This document shows positions 49,061-59,711 of a stretch of DNA of 64,000 bases, piece after piece (the stretch's first letter is position 1; the number at the start of each line of letters is the position of its first letter). Source of the DNA: Anthoceros angustus (Eukaryota; Plantae; Anthocerotophyta); contig MU008191.1 of NCBI GenBank assembly GCA_010909165.1, positions 248,001 to 312,000 on the forward strand. Reading direction: 5' to 3'. Made by a program: the position numbers and the translations under genes. The notes beneath the pieces were generated by a model, which was not told the origin of the DNA, searched no databases, and saw only the letters and a list, made by a program, of their open reading frames with translations.

Positions 49061-49808
49061 AAAAATAGCGAATGCATTTTTTGAGGGTATTATGAAGTTG
49101 AAATCTTGTGTTCCAATTCGTAATGCCACACCCTGCGTGTTTATTTGGTCACATTGTGTCGCATCCATATGTGAGCACCGCGACATAAAAGGGGTGATGA
49201 CGATCACAACCATCAGTTTCATGTATTTTCTGCATGTCCGCCCATCATCCCCTTCATTCGATTCATGTTTTCTTTGGAAATCGGAAGAGGGGCAGCAAAG
49301 GAGGTAGATCAAGACATGCAGCCTCGGATTCGGAAATAGCCATACGAGATCCAAACATGAGTATCAAGCTAATGCATGTTACCAACTGGTGAGTTTTCCA
49401 AGGTACGACTCATGGAGAAGTGGGCGAACATATCATGTTATCTGCTTTTGAGAAGGTTATAATTCAAAGCAAACTCACCGTGAGCGGCATGAAGATATGA
49501 ATAATTAAGGCCAAGAAATTGAATGTGATCCAAATTACTTTCTGTTCAGGTTTACGTTGCAATTAGTTGGCTGAAGTCGAACGAGAGTACCCGGAGTACT
49601 CTACAATAGAAGACATTGCAAAGTTTCACAAACCACTAAAGAAACGAGAGCTATTACTACCTTGTTACTAATCCGATGGTCTAGGTTTTTGATGCATTAG
49701 AAAACCTTTTCTTGGACTATGTGCCATATGTTTTTTTTCAAAAAAAGTAAAATATTTTTACCTTTTTACCACGAAGATGTTTATATCATGGTCTAGTAGA
49801 AAGACAAC

Positions 49809-50282
49809 TTGGTTGCGGACATAGGACTTTTCGAAAACTGCAAGTCCAGGACAGTAGACTATGATGTCCACTCTAGTGTAAAAGGCATTTGGAAGTGCAT
49901 TGCGATATGCAACGTTGCGGTCGATGAGATTGGAGCCATACCCGCTTTTACCAAATACATTGTCATCGTCAAAAAACTACTAAATGTCTCTAACGATGGT
50001 CACGTGGTTAGTCCAAATGGGCTAATGGTTCTACTGATTGACCCCTTTACGGAAAGAGGGGAGTGGGTGATAGATGGATGCTCAAGAAGTGGCCGTGGGA
50101 TACTCTTAGCATTGCTAGAAGGGCGCAATTGCATCGCCATCAACCAAGAGCAAAGGAGCACCATTTTCATCATACAACGGATAACAAGGAATGAGGTCTT
50201 TCCCAATAATGACGAAGAGCTGAACACAAAACCACACAAACGAGGTCATTTGGTTTTTTTCGCCAGAGAGATGGTAGAATGA
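49809..50282 (+). pseudogene. N4/N6 DNA methyltransferase-like gene remnant, copy 3 (most complete)
   Basis: LMVLLIDPFTERGEWVIDGCSRSGRGILLALLEGRNCIAINQE follows the T..GD.VLD.F.GSGT...A...GR....E signature. It aligns with 5888-6133. The upstream sequence is decayed. Confidence 0.75.
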
Positions 50283-51117
50283 AGGTCAGTAAAGCCCAAG
50301 GCCTCTACATCGCATATGATTCAAGGCACTTGCGCCCCTATTGACCTTCAAGATTTTAGTCAAACACAAAGAACGCAAAAGAAAAAGGAGAAAGGATCCA
50401 CAAAGAAAAAATTACAAAGGATACTACACATTCTCAAACCCTAAGCCATTTTAGAGTTCTAGAATGGATCCCTAAAATGATGATCCTTTCTCACATGTGG
50501 AGCCTTTCTCCTTTGTGGATCATTTAACCTTAGTACTCTACACATGTAGCACAAACATCCTACTTAAGAAGAAGAAGAAGAAGAATTTTATTTAAGTCCA
50601 CTAAGGACGGATTTCCGTCATGGGACTTGGTACTTGACAACTTGTACCATGGTGTGCCTAAGCTACTTGCACCAAGGGCATCCACTCCCTTTAGGCACCC
50701 CATCTAAGTACCGATCTAAACTCAGGATGCTTAATGGCGTTCTTATAAATGTGTGTCCATTTGGCCTAAGCCATTTATTTGGACACGCATAAAGAGCATA
50801 GCTCTAAAGACCTTTACATAAGGGGACGAGCTACACTAATCAAGAACTTAATATGGTAAATCTAGTACACCACTCTACAAATATAATATCATGTGTGAAG
50901 GTACTCTGTCGTGTAGCCTGGGGGGGGCAAGACGGCTGACAGAAGACTCCTAGGGAGTCAAGGGCATGCAAGAACCTGGACATCAATTAACATATAGTAT
51001 CATAAAGTTACTCCACTATAAACCTAAATCGTACTTTATTACAACATTACCAACACTTCACTACAATGAAGGAAAACCACATAGCATATCTAGGGCTCCA
51101 TGCGATAAAGGATACGA

Positions 51118-51210
51118 CTATGTTTGTGAGAGCTAAGGCTACATTTGTGGGAGCCAAGGCTGCATTTGTTGGAGCCAAGGCTGCATTTGTGGGAGCCAAG
51201 GCTGTATTTA
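51118..51210. repeat. 21-bp minisatellite (tttgtgggagccaaggctgca) x4
   Basis: Seen directly. A ~37-bp AT-rich repeat also follows at ~51330-51450. Confidence 0.8.
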
Positions 51211-51895
51211 TGGAAGCGTTGCTGGTTTTCCAAGAGTCAATGGGAACGTGATCGGTTCTTTCTACGAATGTCCCTCCTAAGTAACTTCACATGATTCTAA
51301 AATATTATATTATTAAAAATATTCATTAAATAATGGGGTTCTAAAATTTTTTGAAAGGTTTATTAGGTCATAGGGTTCTAAAAGGTTTTGAAAGGTTCAT
51401 TAGGTAATTGGGTTCTAATAATTTCATTAGGTAATAGGGTTCTAATAGGTTTATGAAAAATATGGGAACATACATTTACTTTAGTCATGTCGTCGCCCAA
51501 TATAACAGAATTGAAGCAAATTGCGCAAACCTAGCAGGTTTTTTAGTGTTCATGGTGCTTCTTCGAGGAAAACTTTGAGATGCTTGTGGATTAGAAGATA
51601 GCAAAACATCAAGTGTTGGTGCAAACTTCAAACAGGTGATTCTCTGAATGACTTTTTAGACCTTTTTCTATGTGCAATACTAGAAAACTTTGAGATGGAT
51701 GTGGATTAAAATATTGCATAATATGAGGTATTTGTGGGTTTGTAAATTGTGCGCGTGTGTCTATCACATATAAAAATAGTGAGAGAACATCTTCTCAAAT
51801 AGATTTATTTCTTACCACAAATGAAAATATTCAATTATTGTTTAAAAACTTTTTGTGGTCATCCTTTACATTCTACATTCCATGTTGAAAAGTTT

Positions 51896-54333
51896 CTACA
51901 ATGATATAGACAAACATTGTTGGAGTTTAGGTCCAAACAAAGCTCCAGCGCAACGTTGTACCAAAGGTGTGAGTGTACTAGTAGGACTGATAGGTGGATA
52001 GTGTGAAGTGATTGCATAGGCGGGTTGGGCAGCAGTGCCAAATGTGAGGAACTGGTGGAATGTGGTGCCGTTAAGATACAAGTCCCGCACGGATTGGATT
52101 GTGGCAGTCTCGTCAAGAGTGGAGTCACCTGGAAACCATGGAGTCACCTCTGGTCGCCGAGCTGCAATGAACACATTGCTTTCTGACAATATTTTGGCGT
52201 GCACTCTGGCCCCTAAAGCATAGTAGCCCCAGTTTGTGTAGAGATTGTTGATAACATGACAATATCCCCACCTGTAGTGTAGTCTGTTCTGATTAGGTGA
52301 TGTTCAATCCAACACAAGGAAGAAACATTGAACACATAAAGAAACAATCTGGTTGGCTTGGATTGATAATAGTAGAAGACTTTCATGATACAAGCTGAGG
52401 AACATTCATACCCTTTAGGATTGCATACAACAAGATGGGCAAGATGTGCAAGATGTTGGGTGGCCATTGTGATTTTCTAATGATATGGGGTGCTTGTGTG
52501 GATTGGTTAAAGGAAGGAAGGAAGGAAGGAGGTGGTACCTGCAGTGGGGCATGCGTTGCATGGAGTCCTTGAACCAGTTTCGGAAGACGGTGACGCGCAT
52601 GTTCTGGTCCTCGGTGTCGGCGTCGGATGCCCCCAGGAGCATGTTGAAATTGGGGTTGGAGAGCCAGCAGTTGGAGATGGTGACGTCGGTGGAGCCTTGC
52701 AAGACGCTGACGAGCCCGAGCTTGGCGTCGAAGGAGGTGATGTGATCCACCCAGATTCTGGAGGAGCCCGAGAAGATGTGCACGGTGTCGCTCTCGCCCA
52801 CAGAGTTCACCTGCAGGTTGTGCAGGATGACGTTGGAGACGCCGCCCAGCACCATGTTACGGCCTGTGATGGTGATGTTGTGGCCGCGCCCGTCAATGGT
52901 GGTGGCGCTGCGGAGCCACAGCATGTCCTGCAACACGATCACCATGTCCCCGGAGAAGGTGATCCACACGCCCCCATTGCTGTGCCCCCCCTGGTTCACG
53001 CCGTAGCGCAGGGTGCCGGGAGCCGGGTTCTTTGGGTCGTCGCTGGGGCTGGTGACCACGTAACTCTGCCCGCCAGCTCCGCCTGACACGCCCGCTGCGA
53101 AGCCGAAGGAGCAGGTCCCCAGAGCCTTCCCGGCCCCGCAGCTGGAGAATTGGCATTTGGTGCCGTCGGCCGAGCAGATGTTGCTGTTGCTGTCCCCGTT
53201 GGCTCCTCGGGTTTCCACAGCTGGGTCCGGGACAGCAGGCAGCAGGAGCAGGTCAGGTCCGTGCACATGTCATGGCTGCTTTGCTAGCTTCATGGTGATT
53301 GTTGCTGCTTCAAGGGTTGCACTGTTCCATGCAGGGGAGGGCGTTGTGTCATGGCATGGTATGGATGAATGGCATGCTTGATGGTGGCCTGTGGCCTGCT
53401 GTTGTTGCAGCATTTCTGCTGCTGAATTGGTGTTTTTTGAAGCTTACGCTTGTCTGGAGTACTGCCTCCTCCGCTGCCTGCTCCACTGTTGCCGGTGTTG
53501 GGATTGCCTTCAAGAAGTGGGCTCAAGGTTGCCACTGCATCCTCGATGTGGCCCATGGCTTTCTTGGTCAGAAACAGCTGTGCCCTTCCTAATTTGACCT
53601 AGAGCTCCGGTGCATGCAAAAACCACAAGTCATCAATCTGGATTTCAAATATATTTTTGCGCATGCTTTGTGCATGGTGCTTCTGCTGGCTTGTTGCCCT
53701 GTCCCCACATTTGTCTCTGCTGCAGCAAGCAGCCCTTTCTGATTCTTGAAAGGCTGCTGTTTCTGCAGTATTGGTGTGGAAGGGATGGGCTGAAGGGATG
53801 ATGATGTTGCCTGTGGCAGGATGCTTGCTCTCAAGTCCCCGCCATGCATGCATGCCACAGAAAACCTATGCAGGCTGCCTTACAGTGCTGAGACCAAGCG
53901 CGGAGTTGCAGTCTGCCAAGATCTTCTTGGCTCCATCAAGCTGCCCCAAGGCGTTCTTGATGTCATTCTCCAGCAGGTACGTCTCCACCCACGTCAGGGA
54001 CCCGACAGCCCCGTTGATTTGGGATTTGCAGCTTCCGACCGTGACCCGGACAGCACCAGCCCGCTGCAGAAACTGCTGGGCCTTCTCCAAGCTTGCCACA
54101 ACCTCTTGCTGCGTCGAGTCGGGGATGGGGTCGTCATCCTTGACGTCCAGTTTCTGGGTGTGTTCGGTCCAGCTTGGCATGAAGGGACCGTAGACGTACC
54201 CATCGTGTGCCACAGCAGGAGCCAAGCGGCAGCAGCCTAGAAGTGCCAGCAGGAACGCCATCTCCAGCAGCGGGAGCCATCTCCGGTCCACTCTCCTTCT
54301 CGGGGGACAGGCTTCCGAGCCCATTTCGACCAT
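51896..54333 (-). CDS. Pectate lyase-like (PL1) secreted protein with an N-terminal PMEI-like helical domain (4 exons)
   Basis: Exons ~54333-53884, 53589-53448, 53220-52539 and 52271-51896. Signal peptide, then GFAAGVSGG..YVVT..PAPGTLRYGV, TTIDGRG, IWVDH, STDVTISN, MLLGASD and QRMPHCR|WGYCHVINNLYTNWGYYALG. Confidence 0.88.
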
Positions 54334-54892
54334 ACAACGACCTCGACTTCGACTAAAGGCTCAGATGACCTGGTAGGCAGGCCGGTGGCTGGGAGCACGC
54401 GTCACAGCACATGAAGAAGCAGGAGCATTTCCTCCAGGATTTATTGGCCCTGCCATTGCGGCCTCACGCCGAGCGACGACTTCCACAGGGGCCTCTCGCA
54501 AATCTGCTCCAGGCGGCACGAGGGGCGGTATAGGCGAAGGGTCATGGCAGTTAAAGGGCCCAATGCCGCTTGAAGCAGTTACTGGTTGGGGAAACTGCAG
54601 GTCGGTCTGCCTGTTTGGGGGGAAAGAAGGTGAAGTGGGACCAACCGTTCTTTCAGATCAAAGGAACTACATTCCTGGTTGTCGCGGCTTTTAGCTTCGT
54701 CCTTTCAGAGCTGGGTTTTAGTGTGGCCACTGGAGGACCATGGGTGATGCTGCCGCACCCAATATCCTTCCCATGTGCTCCAGGCCTGCTCCTGGAAGCT
54801 TGCTCGAAAGGAGCAACCGACCTTTACAGTTCATATCTTGCGGAAGCAAGTTTGTGCGGTGACAAGTTGGGCTGCTATAGGAGAAGAGGAAA

Positions 54893-55588
54893 ATGTTCGG
54901 GGGTGATGAGCTTGAGGACTCTTCCGAGTGGCACAGCAGAGGTGACGGTGCCAGCAGGCGTGATGGGGGAAGCACTGCTGCGCAGTCTCTTTTCAGCAAC
55001 ATCATCTATCCCATCGACCCAGAGGACTTTAGACACACGACCTTCTACACCTTCACCAGGGCCTCCCACCACAAGATGGTGCAATGTATCCGAGACAAGC
55101 ACTACCCAACAGCGGAGGAGATCCAGGAAGTGCTGGACCCCATCACCATGGCCAAGTGGCTCACAGAGGAGGGCAAGAAGTACAAGGATGCGGATACCTG
55201 CCACACAGGCACCTGGAGGCGGTTGCAGAATCTCTTCAATGCTCGTGTGGACAAGGACAATAACGAGTTGCTGACTTTCAAGTATAATCCAGCCCCAGTG
55301 CTCCTGGTGCCCCACGTCCATCAGTGGCCGGAGATTGTGCAGAAGTATCACATCGACGAGACCAACACACATTTCCCATGGAAGGCCACCTACGAGAGGT
55401 TGAAGCAGGTGTGGCACACCCAGCCCAGCAAGCACGGGCTGCCCATCGGATTTGTGCACCACTACATCACCAATTGCATTTGCTCCGTCACCGCGATCGA
55501 CTCTGGCAAGCACATCATGTCGCTGAGGGGACACGTTGAACGAAGGGCCACCTTTCATGCCACTGTTGACTTCGCCTTCAAATTTTGA
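54893..55588 (+). CDS. Intronless ORF with an integrase H2C2-like zinc-binding motif
   Basis: 231 aa with coding-like codon usage. LLVPHVHQWPEIVQKYH-x5-H..TYERLKQVW..GLPIGFVHHYITNC-x-C resembles the integrase N-terminal HHCC module. No DDE core follows. Confidence 0.6.
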   Translation: MFGGDELEDSSEWHSRGDGASRRDGGSTAAQSLFSNIIYPIDPEDFRHTTFYTFTRASHHKMVQCIRDKHYPTAEEIQEVLDPITMAKWLTEEGKKYKDADTCHTGTWRRLQNLFNARVDKDNNELLTFKYNPAPVLLVPHVHQWPEIVQKYHIDETNTHFPWKATYERLKQVWHTQPSKHGLPIGFVHHYITNCICSVTAIDSGKHIMSLRGHVERRATFHATVDFAFKF

Positions 55589-57659
55589 TGGAGTCTTGGT
55601 TCTTCTCCATGCTCTCTGGACCACTGTTCAGGAAGACAGGCCCTCGCTGTGGGTTTTGGCCGTGAAAGCAGGAGCTGGGCCTATTGGGGTCTGCTTCTGA
55701 AACTCACCAACTAAAAGCAATCTCGGCTCACAACGTGCCTCTGGAATCATCCACATCAGAGCAGGCTGTGTCGGCCATGACTCCGGTGGTGGCTTGCAGC
55801 TCTACAATTACCAGCTGGGCCAGTGCCCAGCCAGTGATGAATCCCCTGATTTTAGAAACCTGAGCTTTCCCTGCTTGATGATGCCCTAGTCTCCTGGTGC
55901 TGCGAGTTGGCGAGCGTTGGTTTTTCCTCTGCGGATCGGTGATGAAGCATTTTTGTGAAATGGAGCCAGGGAAGCATTTTTTGTGAAATTTTTGTGAAAT
56001 TTTGGTCCGACTCCCTTCACAGGAGTCGGACCAAGGCCCTTTGTTATCCACTCCAGGTCCTGTGAAATGGAGCCAGGGAAAGATTCATAATTTTTTACCT
56101 CTCATATCTTTACTTTGTTTTGCTTAAAGTAATTTCCCAAATTTTGACACTAAATTTGAGAAAAACAAGAGACCTGGCATTGCTTGGTTGCGGTATTGAC
56201 ATGACGTAAATGGGACATAACATGACATAACGGATAAATATTACAGCTTAGGAAAGGTGAAGGTTATGGCATATTGTATCGATTACAAAGCACGAAAATG
56301 CAATGGCTCTGGCCTATGGTGTTGTCCTTGAGTTAGGGCACGCTTGACTCCGCCTGGGAGTTGTGTGCGTGAGACCACTTTTTATTGAATTGAATTGAAT
56401 TGACTTTGTGTATGTAGGCTAGTGCCTAATTTGGGACCGTAAAGGCAAGTCATTTGAAGCAAACATATCGGAGCAATGCTGATACACCTACGAGCTACTT
56501 GTGCGTCATGCCAATTGTCTATGAGTATGCCAAAGGAGGTATGCTCATTTATAAAAGGGTATTCCCAAGGTACAGCCTATAAAATGTATAACAGAGCGGG
56601 AAGAAAACTATGCACACTAATTCCACATTGAACCATGAATGAACGAGGATGGACGGGCCTAGACGTTATTCTATTTCAGCCACAGACAACCATCTGCCAT
56701 TTCCGCAAAGAATCGGACTTGCCATCTCTTTGATTTCATGAGCAATTTACGCATTAAAAATTCTTGAAATAAAATGCTTAGTGCCCTTGCTTTTCTCAGT
56801 TCATTTGTACCATATCCAAAACAAAGGTCTACACTAGGATAAGAGAACCCTAGAAAACCTACTCGAACATCCATCTAGCGCACACTTCAGACCAGTTATC
56901 ACAACTCCATTCCCCTCAGGGTTATGCACCTGTACAGCAAAAACCAAGCACATTTGCGATATGAAGGGTTCCCAATTTGGATCAGAAATCATGAAAAAAC
57001 ACAAAGCATTGTCCAACAACAGTTGAACGATGCTTCGGTGTCATGGTGCTTCCTTCATATGTCCATGCCACTCCATCAAAACGCGGCTAACAAACATGTT
57101 ATAACTCATTGGGCCTCTTTTCACCAGGTTTGAGTACACATCTTGGCTTGGTGTTTGTCTCTTGTGCTACTTCACTTGCTCGGGAGCTTTGCTTTTGCAA
57201 CTTTGAAAAGCAGTAGGCTTTGCAACTAGCTTTTTTTTGGACTTCATGACATAATACCACACATCTCGTGATATAATCACATGTTCATCCTCTACTAATA
57301 ATCGCTCACTAGAAATTATGTGGGTTGTGCTAGCTGCAAGGTGGCAATATCTTCCACTCCAAGGGAGTATTGAGTGTCGTAAATACCCCAACCCGCGCAA
57401 TTTGTTGGCATTGTGTAACCGCTCACCGCGCTGCAATTAGGAGGAGGAAGCGGCACACTTCTCAAGTTGCAGACACATCTACATACACATGGAAGTGGCA
57501 GTTTTCTCGCTCCCTTGCGCTTCGACACCCGCTCTCTGGCGCTCGCTCTTCCGACACTCAGGCACCAGCACCGCCGTGCACCGAAGCTGCAGGGCGCGCC
57601 ACCCACCTCGCGACCGACCCAAGCTGCAGCAGGAAGGAGGCTCGACGACGCGAGGGCTT

Positions 57660-59120
57660 CTCTATGAGCAACACTTGACCCGCAACGGGATGGCGTCGAG
57701 GAAGATGATGGCGGAAGCCCTTGTATCTTGGACGCTGGCAGAGAAAAACATCACCACCAAGCGCTACCCGGACTTTGGGCTATGGCTGGAGGAAACGGGA
57801 GAACTTGTGCAAGAGTGGTGCCTGGACGTATTTCAGGCGCTATGGACCTACGACAGTGCGGCGTTGGTTCGAGAGTACGCTCGGAAGCTACTAGCGGCAG
57901 CGAACAAGACCGTCCGCTCCAAGAGCTTGTGGGAGGATCCCAGGCAGTGGACGGTGGAGGCGCTCCAGGCGTTGTACAATTGCCTAGTAGAGGAGATAGG
58001 AGGAGTAGTACAGGAGCCAATCCGAGGGAAAGAGAAGCTAGAGGTTGCAAGAATGATGCTGCTGAGGACGGACGCCCAGCGGTCCTCAAACGGGTGGTTA
58101 ATGTCGAACTTGAAGGACCGGTATGTGAGAATAGATGGAACTCTGAAGCAAAGCCAAACCTTTGTTGGCTTGGTAGGGTATTACAAGTGTTTCATCATTG
58201 ATTTTGCGAAGAAAGCTGCACCACTCATCCAGTTGCTGAAAAAGGATGTGCGATTCATATGGACAAATAAGAGGCAAGGTGCATTTTTGAGTTTGAAGGA
58301 CAGTCTGCTGATGAAAGCTCCTGTTTTGCAACCTCCACATTGGGAGAAGCCCTTCCATGTGTACGTAGATGTGTCTGCATATGTAATAGGCACCGTCTTG
58401 AACCAAAGGAATGAGTAGAAGCGATATTGACCCATCTTCTATGTAGGATGCCAGCTTTCTGATGCCGTAAAGAAATATTCCATGACTGAGAGAGAAGCTT
58501 TGGGGATCATCTACTCTTGCAAGAAGTTTCGTCATTATGTGTTAGCTAGCAAAGCACATGGTGTTCCATGTGGATCATTTTGCCCTCAAGTACCTTGTGA
58601 ACAAGCCAGATCTGTCAGGGAGGATCGCGAAATGGGTGTTTCTGCAATAGGAATTTGACTTCAAGCTAAAGACAAGGAAGCAAATGCTGATTTCGTTTCT
58701 AGGTTGAAAACGGGTGAACAACTAGCTACTTTGAATGATAAATTCCCAGATGAGGAGCTTCTGGCTATGGTAGAGTTGGAAGATGGGGAGGAGTGGCCAT
58801 CGCCAGCGGCTGCCACAAACCCAGCATTGGATGTAGGAGGAGATGGTGCTGTGGACGGACAGCAGGGGTCTACCCCTGTTGCTGCTGCAGAGGCCGAGAC
58901 ATCATGGTAAAGCGGTAAGAGCTCGTGACGGGTGGTGTGCGCAGCGATAAGGGAGAGAGAAGGGCAGCCATGCCTGAGGTACTTGCTGAATGGCGAGGTG
59001 AGGTAGTACCTCGAGCATGGCTGCCCCTGGGGTTATCTCACGAAGGCAAGGCTGTGTATTTGCACAAGGCCACACCATATTGTCTGAGGTGGGGAATCCT
59101 GTACAAGCTGGGGCTCTGTA
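57660..59120 (+). mobile_element. Degenerate, internally deleted Ty3/Gypsy remnant (RT thumb, RNase H)
   Basis: FVGLVGYYKCFIIDFAKKAAPLIQLLKKD..FIW..APVLQPPHWEKPFHVYVDVSAYVIGTVLNQ, YSMTEREALGIIYSCKKFRHY and DHFALKYLVNKPDLSGRIAKW; several stops. Confidence 0.9.
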
Positions 59121-59711
59121 GTACATATCTAGGTGCAAGAGGAAGCCCTTATTTTTTTCTTAGAGCTCTCTTGGACAAATTATGTGCGTGAGAGCACCAT
59201 TGCATTGAATTGAATAGCCTTTAGTTGGCTTGTTTCCTATACAGCTTTGTTCTACTTTCGGATAAAAGCAATTGGAGAGCAATCGAAGACCGGATCTAAT
59301 CGTAAGAGAGCGCAAAGCACCCCGCTGAGGTTCTTCTCATAGATGAAAAAAAAAATTGAAAACCTTCTTTTCTCATTTTTCACGTCTTGTGCAAAGCGGC
59401 GGTACAATCCACATTCGTGATAGTGGTAACAGAAATAACGTAGCAGGTGATAGCAGACGACCAGAAACATAGTTCTTCGGCCTCCGGTTGAACATCACCC
59501 ATATAAGAACCGAATACTCAAGGAGTGCAGTTGTTCAAGCGTCAGACCTACATCTGTACATGTGCGATTAGTTTGGTGTAACTACGATTTTTCGAACAAG
59601 GTTTCGTTTCGACTGCAGCCCAGCTACCCTTGAGAAGCCCGTTCCACTGCTCTACGTGATGCAGGCGAGGTGACCTGGGCAGTGGTTGGCGGTGGTCGGC
59701 AGTGTGTGGAC

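Noticed and set aside
30709-54333. KCS, pectate lyase and neighbours as a biosynthetic gene cluster
   Set aside because: The intervening genes (QCR7, ATG14, TRMO) are functionally unrelated housekeeping genes.
56325-56365. Second 5S-like fragment on the minus strand (aactcc..agtcaagcgtgc)
   Set aside because: It is too short and needs a gap, and there is no C-box, so it is compatible with chance.
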